A stretch of DNA of 64,000 nucleotides from an uncultured Gammaproteobacteria bacterium. Its GTDB lineage: Bacteria > Patescibacteriota > Patescibacteriia > UBA2591 > UBA6264. Position 1 is the first letter of the stretch. Each line of letters begins with the position of its first letter. The position numbers and the translations under genes were made by a program. The stretch is taken from positions 18,321-82,320 of the forward strand of contig CAZQVF010000002.1 in assembly GCA_964596735.1 (NCBI GenBank), given 5' to 3'. Positions 48,030-57,491 of this stretch are shown here, in pieces. The notes under the pieces are model-generated. The model saw nothing but the letters and a program-made list of their open reading frames with translations. It made no database searches and was not told the origin of the DNA.

Positions 48030-48971
48030 ATGGCTAAAAAACAAAAGAAAATCGTTTTTTTTGGCACGCCTGAGTTTGCTAAAACTATATTAGAAGAATT
48101 AATAAAAACAGAATTTAAGCCTGTTATGGTGATTACTGCCCCTGATAAGCCTGTGGGAAGAAAACAGATTCTCTCCCCTTCTTTGGTTAAAAAATTGGCT
48201 CAAAAACATCAGATCCCTTTGTTTCAGCCAAAAACCTTAAAAGATTCTGATATAGAAGAAAAACTATTGGCTTTAGGATCTGACTTATTTATTATTGCTG
48301 CCTATGGCCTGATTTTACCGCAAAATATTTTAAACATTCCTAAATTTGGCTCTATTAATATTCATCCTTCTCTTTTACCTAAATATCGGGGGGCCTCCCC
48401 TATTCAGGCAACTATTTTAGCTAATGATCAAGAATCAGGAACAACTATTATGTTAATGGATGAAAAAATAGATCATGGACCAATTATTGCTTTGAAAAAA
48501 ATCAAAATTGAAAATGAAAACAGTGTTGATTTGTCTAAAAAATTAGCTGAATTAGGAGCTGATATGTTAATCACAATTTTACCTAAATGGTTTGGAAAAG
48601 AAATCAAGCCAATCCCTCAAGATCATCAAAAAGCTACTTTTACCCGTCTGATTAAAAAATTGCATGGAAAAATTATTTGGGGAAAATCAGCTCAACAAAT
48701 AGAACAAATGTTTAGAGCTTATCAACCCTGGCCAGGTATTTATACCATCTTTGATAATTTAACTTTAAAAATTTTGGAGATTGAAGTTTTAAAAATTAAT
48801 CATCAACCTACTCCAGGAAAAGTATTTGTCACCAAGGATAAGGAATTAGCCGTTGCTTGTGAAAAAAATGCTTTAATTTTAAAACAAGTTCAGTTACAAG
48901 GGAAAAAACCAACTTTTGGAAAATCATTTTTAAATGGACATCAACAAATAATTAATACTGTTTTGTCTTAA
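48030..48971 (+). CDS. fmt: Methionyl-tRNA formyltransferase (start taken at MAKKQKK)
   Basis: N-terminal formyltransferase motifs (IVFFGTPEFA, NIHPSLLPKYRGASPIQ) plus a C-terminal Fmt domain. Confidence 0.85.
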   Translation: MAKKQKKIVFFGTPEFAKTILEELIKTEFKPVMVITAPDKPVGRKQILSPSLVKKLAQKHQIPLFQPKTLKDSDIEEKLLALGSDLFIIAAYGLILPQNILNIPKFGSINIHPSLLPKYRGASPIQATILANDQESGTTIMLMDEKIDHGPIIALKKIKIENENSVDLSKKLAELGADMLITILPKWFGKEIKPIPQDHQKATFTRLIKKLHGKIIWGKSAQQIEQMFRAYQPWPGIYTIFDNLTLKILEIEVLKINHQPTPGKVFVTKDKELAVACEKNALILKQVQLQGKKPTFGKSFLNGHQQIINTVLS

Positions 48972-48990
48972 AGCTTACGTTTAATAATTA

Positions 48991-49022
48991 GAATAAGCCC
49001 CGAAAGGGGCTTATTCTTCTAT
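48991..49022. terminator. Bidirectional terminator: 11-bp perfect stem GAATAAGCCCC-GAAA-GGGGCTTATTC
   Basis: Read directly; GAAA tetraloop. Confidence 0.6.
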
Positions 49023-49064
49023 TTCAAAATCTTTACTAAAATCGCGTTCTTTTGTCTTTTTATT

Positions 49065-49331
49065 TTATGCTGCTGGAGGAGTTCCCTCTGTGTCTTTACC
49101 AACTTCAACTGGTTCTGATGATGGCGCCTCAGGGGCTGGAGCACTTGCTTGAGCTGGGGCCTGAGTTACGGCTGGTAAATTCTTTTTCTTGCAACAAAAA
49201 GACAGAATAAGAAGGATTAAACCAATAACAGCAATTACTAAGCAAAACCAAGGATTAAGGGTTTTAAGTAAATACAAAACAATACCAACAATCAATAAAA
49301 TAATGCCGATAACTAGTTTAGCTGTTTTCAT
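49065..49331 (-). CDS. Hypothetical membrane protein with a Pro/Ala-rich C-terminal tail
   Basis: Two TM helices followed by a PAVTQAPAQASAPAPEAP low-complexity tail. Confidence 0.4.
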   Translation of the reverse strand: MKTAKLVIGIILLIVGIVLYLLKTLNPWFCLVIAVIGLILLILSFCCKKKNLPAVTQAPAQASAPAPEAPSSEPVEVGKDTEGTPPAA

Positions 49332-49433
49332 ATTTTTGATGATTAATATTGATTAATTATCTATATTATTGACCTGTAAATATTATACTACTTAAGAGCT
49401 AAAAGACAAGCAAGAATGTGAATAAATTTTTAC

Positions 49434-50201
49434 TTATTGACCATGGAAAATTATCTTCTTTTGATGGCAGTCTGGAAATCTGGTTTCAATTTTTTCTAAA
49501 ATAGACCTGCCTAAGATGGATAGATCCCTGGTCCATTTTATATAACCAGGGCAATTTTGGGAAAGCTCCTCTAAAGAGACTTGGCAAGCCTGTAGAGCAT
49601 GGAGACATAAGTTGGCTGAGACATTCATTTCCTGTTTTTGAATCTGTTTAAAGGTCTTGTTTTTTTCTTTTTTTAAAGCTTTTTGAATAGCTAAGGCTTG
49701 ATAAAGTTTGTTTTCAAAAAAAGTATGATACCAGTTTAATTCTTCAATCCTTTTTTTATATTTAGCAAAAATCTCTTTTAATTCTTCGTCTTCTTCAGAA
49801 AAAATGTTTTGCAAAAGATCTCTATTTTGAAGCATAAAATTATGACTTAAGCGCCAAAGATCAAAACTTTCTGGGCTTGGACCCTGGCCTAACCCGGCTT
49901 TAACTAATCTTATTTTAACCCTTCGGGAGTCTAATCCTTGCTTTTCAATATCTTTTTTAATTGTCCCTACTAAATAATGAAATGTTTTTTTCATGTCTGC
50001 TAAAATAATTGCTGGATCATTAGGATTTTCTCCACGGACCATATGTTCTAAATGATGAGAAAAAGCATGTTGAAAAACCTGGCACTGATCAACCAAATTA
50101 CAGCGTTCACACCAGCGATCACAAAAATTAAAAGGGGTTTGGGAATAAAAATTATTCGGGAGTTGATCCTGTCTTTTTTGTTTTTTGCTTGTTTTAGCCA
50201 T
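49434..50201 (-). CDS. Hypothetical protein with an N-terminal Cys cluster CDRWCERC-x5-C (CxxxCxxC spacing)
   Basis: 255 aa. The Cys cluster lies at residues 27-40 and the remainder is helical K/E/Q-rich. Confidence 0.45.
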   Translation of the reverse strand: MAKTSKKQKRQDQLPNNFYSQTPFNFCDRWCERCNLVDQCQVFQHAFSHHLEHMVRGENPNDPAIILADMKKTFHYLVGTIKKDIEKQGLDSRRVKIRLVKAGLGQGPSPESFDLWRLSHNFMLQNRDLLQNIFSEEDEELKEIFAKYKKRIEELNWYHTFFENKLYQALAIQKALKKEKNKTFKQIQKQEMNVSANLCLHALQACQVSLEELSQNCPGYIKWTRDLSILGRSILEKIETRFPDCHQKKIIFHGQ

Positions 50202-50238
50202 GTCTATATTTTACCTTAAATCTTTAAACTAAACAAGT

Positions 50239-50565
50239 CTATTCTAATTCTTCTAACTCTTTGATGATTTCCTGGGGAATCGGGATTTTTTGTTTAGGAC
50301 TAATCCCTGGATAACGCCAAGCAGTGATAATTCTCTTTTTTTTATCAATTGGCTGATACATTAACCAGATCTCTGTCGGTCTTTTTTTTGTCCCCACTGT
50401 CTGCATTAAAGCAATTGTCCCCTCAGCAATCCCCTGCTGTTGTCTTTCTGGATTATTTAATAAACGCTTTAACCGGGCCTGAGAAAGTCCATATTGTCTC
50501 ATTTTAGAGACAACGTGCCGCGTCCAAGTGAGCTGCTCATCATCCTGGGGAACCTTAAAATACAT
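50239..50565 (-). CDS. Hypothetical 108-aa protein (distant resemblance to small toxin-like DUF4258/BrnT-type folds, very tentative)
   Basis: ORF abutting RNase J. The segment KKRIITAWR resembles the C-terminal strand of those families. Confidence 0.35.
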   Translation of the reverse strand: MYFKVPQDDEQLTWTRHVVSKMRQYGLSQARLKRLLNNPERQQQGIAEGTIALMQTVGTKKRPTEIWLMYQPIDKKKRIITAWRYPGISPKQKIPIPQEIIKELEELE

Positions 50566-52182
50566 TTAATTAATAATTAAAACGACTAATGGTTTCTTAC
50601 CTGTTCTATTTAAGATAAAATCACTTAAACTAGTTTGAATCTTGATTCTAGCATTCTTTTTTTTGCCATATCTTTCAACTAGTTTTCTGGCTTTCTTTTT
50701 GGTCTCTTCCATAACATGATTATCTACGGTTAATCCTTGAAAGACAAGTTGAACTCTTTTTTGAACTACAGAGACAAAACAAACGCCTGACTCAGCAATT
50801 TTATTCCTTGACCTTACCGCATCTTTATCCAGAACCTTGACCTGATTACCTTCAACAGCAATAAAAAGGCTGGGGAGTTTTTTCTTTAAAACTTTGGCTT
50901 GATATTGGTCTAATTCTAGGGTCTGGCCGTTATAGAGCATAAAACAGTTTTCTTCTTTGATCCCCAAGCTTTTTGCTAACTCAATATGAGACGCATGCAT
51001 ATAGTGTTGACCTTCTGTGGGGATAAAAAACTTTGGCCGGACCAATCTAATCATTTCTTTTAATTCATCTTGAAAAGCATGGCCAGAACTATGAACGCCT
51101 GAACCAAGCACTGATCTATAAATTATTTTAGCTCCTTGATTAACCAAGCCGTCCATCATTCTGGTAATGGCTAATTCATTACCAGGAACAGCTGAAGAAG
51201 AAAAAACAACTGTATCTCCCTTTTTAATTTTAATTGACCAATGTTTATTCTCGGATATTCTGGCCATTGATGAGCCCTCTACTCCTTGAGCTCCGGCTGA
51301 CAAGATAAGGATTTTTTTGTCTGGATATTTATTAACCTCCCTATGGTCAACAAACATTCCAGGAGAAACATTTAAATAACCTAAGTTTTGAGCAATCCTA
51401 ACTGTCTTTTGCATAGACATGCCTACCAAGGCAATCTTTTTTCCCTGTTTTTGACAGGCTCGAACAATTTGTTGAACTCGGCTGATTAAAGAAGAAAAGG
51501 TGGTGAAAATGATTCTCCCAGGAGCGTCTTTAATAATTTGTTCAATAATCTTGCCAACCTGTTTTTCTGGCACAGAATGACCAGGTAGAGTAGCATTGGT
51601 ACTGTCTGATAAAAGGGCTAAGATTCCCTTTTTTGACCATTCTCTTAATTTTTCCTTTTCCAAAGGTTTTTGATCATCTGGATTATCATCAATTTTAAAA
51701 TCACCTGTGTGGACAACTATACCGACTGGGGTCTCAATAATTAGACCCATACTGTCAGGAATATTATGAACAACCCGAAAAGGAGTAATTTTAAAAACAC
51801 CTAATGAAAAACCTTGATTTGGTTTCATTAAATTTGGTTTTATTCCACGACCTAAACCTACTTCTGCTAAGCGATCTTTAATCAAACCCCAGGTTAAAGG
51901 AGTAGTAAATATAGGTGGATTGTTTATCTTGTGCAAATAATAGGAAATGGCACCAATGTGGTCTAAATGGCCGTGAGTAATGACTAATCCTTTAATTCTT
52001 TCTTTGTTTTCTTCTAAATAAGTAATATCAGGGAGAATATAGTCTATGCCTGGCAAATCAGGGCCGGGAAAGTCTATGCCTAGGTCAATGACGACAATAT
52101 CGTCGCCATATTCTAAAACAGTGCAATTTTTACCAACCTCTTCAATTCCCCCCAAAGGGATAATACGTAATTTTTTTATCAT
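50566..52182 (-). CDS. rnj: Ribonuclease J (metallo-beta-lactamase / beta-CASP RNase)
   Basis: HxHxDH motif ITHGHLDHIGAI. beta-CASP motifs, C-terminal domain and ~540 aa are all typical of RNase J. Confidence 0.9.
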   Translation of the reverse strand: MIKKLRIIPLGGIEEVGKNCTVLEYGDDIVVIDLGIDFPGPDLPGIDYILPDITYLEENKERIKGLVITHGHLDHIGAISYYLHKINNPPIFTTPLTWGLIKDRLAEVGLGRGIKPNLMKPNQGFSLGVFKITPFRVVHNIPDSMGLIIETPVGIVVHTGDFKIDDNPDDQKPLEKEKLREWSKKGILALLSDSTNATLPGHSVPEKQVGKIIEQIIKDAPGRIIFTTFSSLISRVQQIVRACQKQGKKIALVGMSMQKTVRIAQNLGYLNVSPGMFVDHREVNKYPDKKILILSAGAQGVEGSSMARISENKHWSIKIKKGDTVVFSSSAVPGNELAITRMMDGLVNQGAKIIYRSVLGSGVHSSGHAFQDELKEMIRLVRPKFFIPTEGQHYMHASHIELAKSLGIKEENCFMLYNGQTLELDQYQAKVLKKKLPSLFIAVEGNQVKVLDKDAVRSRNKIAESGVCFVSVVQKRVQLVFQGLTVDNHVMEETKKKARKLVERYGKKKNARIKIQTSLSDFILNRTGKKPLVVLIIN

Positions 52183-52196
52183 ATGTTATTTTATTA

Positions 52197-52472
52197 TTAT
52201 TTTGTTGGATATAGTGATGATTTTCTTTTAATGGTTTTATAGAGATTCTCAATAAAATCTCCACCAGCATATCCAACCACTAAAGAAAAAAGGGCATTTT
52301 GATTAAAAACAAATGCCGCGACCACACCTACTATTCCTGACAAAAACATCATCACAAAGAAATATGGGAGTTTAAAACCGACGTCTTTGTAAGAAAACTG
52401 GTGTTTGATAAAGCCGACTAAACCCCTTATTACTCCACCACAAAATCCAGCAATTAAAATTGTCCAATTCAT
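52197..52472 (-). CDS. Hypothetical small membrane protein
   Basis: Three hydrophobic segments. Confidence 0.4.
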   Translation of the reverse strand: MNWTILIAGFCGGVIRGLVGFIKHQFSYKDVGFKLPYFFVMMFLSGIVGVVAAFVFNQNALFSLVVGYAGGDFIENLYKTIKRKSSLYPTK

Positions 52473-52484
52473 GATTATAATATT

Positions 52485-53252
52485 TTATCTTATTTCGTAG
52501 CTTAAATTAGCAGTCATGGAGATTTTTGTTTCTCCGGCTTCAATTTCTGTTGATTCCATATCTATTGACTGTTCCATCATTCCTCCCATACCATAAGCCC
52601 GGGGAGAAGGATAATATCCTCCTGAACTAGAAACAGAAACATTAATTAATTTTCCCAAACTTAAACCAGAGACCTTGGCAATGGCCTTGGCTTTTTCTTT
52701 AGCCTTGGCAATGGCTTTGTCTCTTGCTTCTGCTTCAGCCGCCTCTTCATCTTCTAAAACAAAGCTGAGGCTGTTGATTTGATTTGCTCCGCTAGCTGTG
52801 GCTTGATCAATAATTTCGTTTAATTTGTCAAAGTCCTTTGTCTTAATTGAGATGCTGACACTGGCTTGATAGCCAACCAAGTTTCGTTTCCCACTCTTTC
52901 TTTCCCACTCATAGCGCGGGGTAATACTATAACGAGTAGTTTTAATCTTTTCTTCTTTTACCCCTAGTTCTTTTAAGTTTTTAATGATTTCACTATTAAC
53001 CTCATTGACTTCTTTTTGAGCCTGACTAACTGTTTTGGCTTCTTTTTCCACACCCAAACTAATCTGAGCCGTGTCTGGTTTAACATATACCTCTGCTTGA
53101 GCACTCACCTGAAAAGGAGCGTCTTTAGGAATAGTGACTGAGTGGGTAGACCAGGTTAAGGTGCTGGTAAACTTAGCCGCAATAATCACTCCTAAACAAA
53201 TAATAGCGACGACGATAGTGATTTTAGTGATGAATTCTTTTAATTCTTTCAT
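52485..53252 (-). CDS. SIMPL-domain protein (DUF541, periplasmic/secreted oxidative-stress-associated family)
   Basis: N-terminal TM anchor followed by the SIMPL pattern (VSAQAEVYVKPDTAQISLGV ... RYEWE ... GYQASVSISI). Confidence 0.7.
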   Translation of the reverse strand: MKELKEFITKITIVVAIICLGVIIAAKFTSTLTWSTHSVTIPKDAPFQVSAQAEVYVKPDTAQISLGVEKEAKTVSQAQKEVNEVNSEIIKNLKELGVKEEKIKTTRYSITPRYEWERKSGKRNLVGYQASVSISIKTKDFDKLNEIIDQATASGANQINSLSFVLEDEEAAEAEARDKAIAKAKEKAKAIAKVSGLSLGKLINVSVSSSGGYYPSPRAYGMGGMMEQSIDMESTEIEAGETKISMTANLSYEIR

Positions 53253-53319
53253 GATTTGAAATTTAATAAATTAATTCTTAATTAAATACATATTAATTTT
53301 AACATAATTTGAGATTTTA

Positions 53320-53736
53320 TCAATAATCTTGTTTTGCTTTGGTGATGTTTGGTTCTTTGCCGTAAAAAGGCATTACTGATTTTTGATTTTTTATTTTTAA
53401 TAGTTTTCTTATCCCTGTTTTTACTAATTCTTGGCTGTCTTTTTCTTGAGATAAATTAACCCCAATGGCTGGAATATTTAAAACCCAGGCCAAGGTATTG
53501 GCGACTGAAAGACCAACCCTGATTCCAGCAAAAGAGCCTGGCCCATTAACAACTATAATCCCTTTTAATGAATTAAGGTTTTTCTTGTTTTTCTTTAAAA
53601 GCCTGTCTATGCCTGATAAAATTCTATCGTTTTTATTCTGAAAATTGGGTAAATTCAGAAAATCAAAAGGCTTTTTAGTCTGACCCAGGCCTAAAACAAC
53701 CTTATTTAAGTCGATATTATTAATAAATAAATACAT
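53320..53736 (-). CDS. tsaB: tRNA threonylcarbamoyladenosine biosynthesis protein TsaB (inactive Kae1/YeaZ homolog), short form
   Basis: GIIVVNGPGSFAGIRVGLSVANTLAW motif. Confidence 0.6.
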   Translation of the reverse strand: MYLFINNIDLNKVVLGLGQTKKPFDFLNLPNFQNKNDRILSGIDRLLKKNKKNLNSLKGIIVVNGPGSFAGIRVGLSVANTLAWVLNIPAIGVNLSQEKDSQELVKTGIRKLLKIKNQKSVMPFYGKEPNITKAKQDY

Positions 53737-53791
53737 ATTGTCATTTATTTCATTTATATTATAATATAAATGAGTAATTTATCAATCAATT

Positions 53792-55843
53792 ATGCCTGAA
53801 CAAACAAAAATCAAACATTTTTGCCTTTCAAATCCTAAAGAGTCAAATGCTTATTCTCAGGCCTATGTTGCGGAACCAGAAAAAAAATTCTTAGAAAAAT
53901 TTGGTCGTTTAAGTATTTTGATTAATCTAAATTTTAAGGATAAACCTGATAAGCAAACACTTAACTGGGCTAAAACTTGGAGTCAGGAATTAATTGATTT
54001 AATTAAGAATGATTTTTATAACCCACTTCGACCAGTAACAGATATTGAAAAAGACTTTGAAGATTCTTTACAGCGAATCAATTCTTGGTTACAGCAAGAA
54101 AAATCTCAACACTCAGAAATATTTGAAGAATCTTTATCTGATTTTGATGTTGATATTATTCTTCTTAAAGATAATGATATTTATTTTAGTCAGACCGGAG
54201 AAATAAATACTTATTTTCTAAAAGATGATCAATTAATTGATTTAGTAGAAGAAAAAAATAAATCAACAAGATTTTTAAATATCATTAGTGGAAAATTAGA
54301 GAATAATTCTCTTTTATTTTTTACCACAAAAAATCTTTTTGATTATTTTTCCTCAGGCAAAGTCTTTCAAATTTTAGATCAGACCCCGACAGAAAAAATT
54401 GAGAATGAGATAAAAAAAGGGCTCTCTGATAAAGTTAATCGAGTTAATCTGTTGGGATTGATTATTTCTAATAAAGACGAATTTGTTGCTCCTATTAAAG
54501 GAAAAACCAAACCGTCAGTTAAAGAAAAAAAGCAAGAAGCTAGAGTTGAGCCGTCTAAACCAGTTAAACAAGAACCTGTTAAAGAAAAGCTCAAGCCTGT
54601 ACGACCAATTACTCCTCGGCCTAAAAAAGAAAGAATCCCTAAAAAATTAAGAAAAATTAAACCAACCCTTCCTAATGTGCCTATTATTAAAACCAGTCGT
54701 TTAACATATTTTAGAAAATCATTAGTTATTATTTTAATTATCCTTGGCTTGCTTTTCATTCAAAGCATTGTTATTCTTGGTCGTCAGCAGATTAAAGCTA
54801 GTCAGAACAGAAAATATGCCCAGACAATAGAAGAGTTAAAGGTAAAACAAGAAGAATTATCAGCCGCCCTTATTTACCAAGATCCTTTAAAGATTAAAGC
54901 TCTTTCAAATGATTTTAATGCTCTTTTAAATCAATTGCTTCAGAAAACTGAAGAACAAAAACAAACTTTTGCCTTTTTCAAAGATAATCACACCAAACAA
55001 ATGAATAACTTCTATCATTTAATTGTTTTGGAAAAAGCAGAGCCTTTGGTTGATTTAATGACAATTGATAAAGATATTAAAGCGGCTGGATTAACTAATA
55101 TTTACAATGATTTTTATATCTTTGATTCAAGCAATAATCATATCTATCTTTTTAATATTGAAACAAAAGAAACCGAATTGGTTAATCAAACTTCAACTAA
55201 TGTTGGTCGGTTGCAGAAACTTATTCCTTTAGATAATGATAGTTTAATCGGTTTTGATCAAAATCAAGGTATTGCCAGTTTTAATACTATTGATAAAAAG
55301 CTTGCTCCGTTAAAGCTGAATCGAGAGAATCCACCTCAGCAGATTCAAGATATTAATATTTATGGCAACCGTCTTTATACTCTTGAACCAAATGCTAATC
55401 AGGTTTATAAACAGGCAAAAACTCTTGATGGCTTTGGTAAAGAAGAGGCCTGGATTAAAGACGAAACCAATATTAGTGATGCGCTTAGTTTTACCATTGA
55501 TGGTTCAGTTTATGTGATGAAAAAAACTGCCCAAATATTTAAGTTTTATCAAGGCAAAACAGAAGAATTTACTTTAGATGAAATCCAGCCTGTTCTTTCA
55601 ATTAAGGATCCTAATATCTTAGAACCCCAGGGGAACATAAAAATATTTACCAATGATGAATTAAAATATCTTTATTTATTAGATGGGCCAAGCAAGAGGC
55701 TAATTATTCTTAGCAAACAAGGAAAATTAATAAAGCAATTTACTAGTGAAGAATTTACAGATTTAAAAGATTTCATTATTAGTCGAAAAGAAAATAAGGT
55801 TTGGCTGTTAGCGGGGACAAAAATATTTGAGATTGAAATATAA
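53792..55843 (+). CDS. Large hypothetical membrane protein. It comprises an N-terminal cytoplasmic domain and a K/P-rich linker, then one TM helix and a C-terminal extracytoplasmic domain
   Basis: 683 aa. The TM helix is near aa 305-330 and the PKKERIPKKLRKIKP basic linker precedes it. Confidence 0.5.
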   Translation: MPEQTKIKHFCLSNPKESNAYSQAYVAEPEKKFLEKFGRLSILINLNFKDKPDKQTLNWAKTWSQELIDLIKNDFYNPLRPVTDIEKDFEDSLQRINSWLQQEKSQHSEIFEESLSDFDVDIILLKDNDIYFSQTGEINTYFLKDDQLIDLVEEKNKSTRFLNIISGKLENNSLLFFTTKNLFDYFSSGKVFQILDQTPTEKIENEIKKGLSDKVNRVNLLGLIISNKDEFVAPIKGKTKPSVKEKKQEARVEPSKPVKQEPVKEKLKPVRPITPRPKKERIPKKLRKIKPTLPNVPIIKTSRLTYFRKSLVIILIILGLLFIQSIVILGRQQIKASQNRKYAQTIEELKVKQEELSAALIYQDPLKIKALSNDFNALLNQLLQKTEEQKQTFAFFKDNHTKQMNNFYHLIVLEKAEPLVDLMTIDKDIKAAGLTNIYNDFYIFDSSNNHIYLFNIETKETELVNQTSTNVGRLQKLIPLDNDSLIGFDQNQGIASFNTIDKKLAPLKLNRENPPQQIQDINIYGNRLYTLEPNANQVYKQAKTLDGFGKEEAWIKDETNISDALSFTIDGSVYVMKKTAQIFKFYQGKTEEFTLDEIQPVLSIKDPNILEPQGNIKIFTNDELKYLYLLDGPSKRLIILSKQGKLIKQFTSEEFTDLKDFIISRKENKVWLLAGTKIFEIEI

Positions 55844-55860
55844 TAAATAGTTTTGTAATA

Positions 55861-55893
55861 AAAAATCCAGCCCATATAAGGTTGGATTTTTTA
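55861..55893. terminator. Bidirectional terminator (AATCCAGCC..GGTTGGATT followed by T6)
   Basis: Hairpin with one G-U pair and a T-run, between convergent genes. Confidence 0.5.
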
Positions 55894-55907
55894 TTATTTT
55901 GTTTTTT

Positions 55908-56342
55908 CTATTTCAAGATTACTTTCGCTCCTGCTTCTTCTAATCTCTTTTTCATTTTTTCTGCTTCTTCTTTATCAACACCTTCTTTAACAACCTTAGG
56001 AGCAGTGTCAACCAAGTCTTTGGTTTCTTTTAGGCCGAGTTGAATAAATTCTCTTAATGCCTTGATTACCCCAATCTTGTTGTCCCCTGAGGCAGCTAAT
56101 TCAACATTAAAAACACTTTTCTCTTCCTCCGCCTCTGCTCCTGTCTCTGCACCTGCGCTAGGAGCGGCGGCTACTGCTACTGGAGCCTGGGCTGAAACAT
56201 CAAACTTTTCTTCTAATATTTTGACTAATTCAGACAAATCAAGCACGCTCATTTTTTCAATTTCTTCTACTAAGCTTTTAAATTTTTTAGGAACCTCGAC
56301 TTTTTTTTCTTTTTGTTTTTTTGTATCTTTTTCTTCTACCAT
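55908..56342 (-). CDS. rplL: 50S ribosomal protein L7/L12 with a K/E-rich N-terminal extension
   Basis: Ala-rich hinge ([18 protein letters not shown]) and a C-terminal domain ([24 protein letters not shown] ... [18 protein letters not shown]). Confidence 0.85.
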   Translation of the reverse strand: MVEEKDTKKQKEKKVEVPKKFKSLVEEIEKMSVLDLSELVKILEEKFDVSAQAPVAVAAAPSAGAETGAEAEEEKSVFNVELAASGDNKIGVIKALREFIQLGLKETKDLVDTAPKVVKEGVDKEEAEKMKKRLEEAGAKVILK

Positions 56343-56372
56343 AATAGTTAAAAATTAAATCTATTTATTTTT

Positions 56373-56888
56373 TTATTTTTTAATACTTGATAAAATGTAA
56401 ACAAAATTCTTTAAGTTGCCCTTTAAGGCATAAACAAGGTTATTAACCGGCCCCTTGATTGTGCCGACGAATTGGGCGAGTAGTTCTGCCTTACTTGGTA
56501 ATTTTGACAATCTTTTCACCATTTCCATATTAACAAATTCTTTTTCAAAAATACCGCCCTGGATCTTCAACTCCCCATGTTCTTTGGCAAAATTAGCCAC
56601 TAATTTAGCCGGGGCTACTTCTGATTCAAAGCCAAAAATTAGACCAACTCCCCCTTGAATTTCATCTATGTTAATATTATCCAAGCCCATTTCTTTTAAG
56701 CTTAACTTTAAAAGGGTTTTTTTAGTAACCAAATATTGGCACTCTTTTTTTTCTAACAGCCTTCTTAGTTGATTAATTTCATTAGCCTTAAGTCCGTAAT
56801 AATCAATAAAGACTAAGCTCTTCATTTTACTTAATTGATCTTTAAGGTCTTTAATAGTTTGTTGTTTTTGTTCTTTTGTCTTTGCCAT
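56373..56888 (-). CDS. rplJ: 50S ribosomal protein L10
   Basis: N-terminus MAKTKEQKQQTIKDLKDQL and the gene order rplJ-rplL. Confidence 0.85.
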   Translation of the reverse strand: MAKTKEQKQQTIKDLKDQLSKMKSLVFIDYYGLKANEINQLRRLLEKKECQYLVTKKTLLKLSLKEMGLDNINIDEIQGGVGLIFGFESEVAPAKLVANFAKEHGELKIQGGIFEKEFVNMEMVKRLSKLPSKAELLAQFVGTIKGPVNNLVYALKGNLKNFVYILSSIKK

Positions 56889-56889
56889 A

Positions 56890-57057
56890 AATTTTAATTA
56901 AAAATAGTCTGTGGCCACAGACTAAAAAATACTAAATAAACACTGATGTCTGGGCAGGAAATTAAGTGTTTTTAAACACACCCGCTGTCTGTGACACTTA
57001 TAATTTAGTATATATTAATATACTTTATTCGTCAATTTATTTTATCCACAGATTTGC
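56890..57057 (-). promoter_or_regulatory. Structured 5' leader of the rplJ-rplL operon (candidate L10 autoregulatory leader) with a perfect 9-bp palindrome AGTCTGTGG/CCACAGACT
   Basis: 168-nt untranslated region with several hairpins immediately upstream of rplJ. Confidence 0.35.
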
Positions 57058-57468
57058 TTAGGCCTTAGTTTCTCTTTTAATCACGCTCCAGTGATAAAAA
57101 TACAAGGGCAAGCCAACCAAAATCATGGCTAAGCTAGAAGAAGCATCCCTGTGTCTATTAGAGGTGACTGGATCAACCTCTTTGCTTGTTTCTTGCCAAT
57201 TTTCATACTCTTGTATGATTTGCCTAATTTGAGCTGTTTCTTCATTGGTCAAGCTCACTTCTCCGGCCTCTAATCCCTTTATTCTTTCATAAGAATAAGG
57301 CATGATTGGTCGGGCGTATTCCATTTTCATTTGCTCGTCTGCTTGAGTAAAAACAAATGCTTTTAAGCCCATGTCTAAAAACCGAATTCCGCTAATACAT
57401 AAAAATATTAGACCAAGCAGGGCAAAAGCATAAAGATAAATTGTTCTGATTAATGAATCTTTTTTCAT
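57058..57468 (-). CDS. Hypothetical membrane protein
   Basis: TM helices at the N- and C-termini. Confidence 0.4.
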   Translation of the reverse strand: MKKDSLIRTIYLYAFALLGLIFLCISGIRFLDMGLKAFVFTQADEQMKMEYARPIMPYSYERIKGLEAGEVSLTNEETAQIRQIIQEYENWQETSKEVDPVTSNRHRDASSSLAMILVGLPLYFYHWSVIKRETKA

Positions 57469-57491
57469 AAATTTTTATAATTTATAAATTA

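Noticed and set aside
49434-50201. Calling the CxxxCxxC protein a radical SAM enzyme
   Set aside because: Only the Cys spacing matches. The expected glycine-rich SAM-binding motif and TIM-barrel beta/alpha periodicity are not evident, so it is reported only as a Cys-cluster protein.
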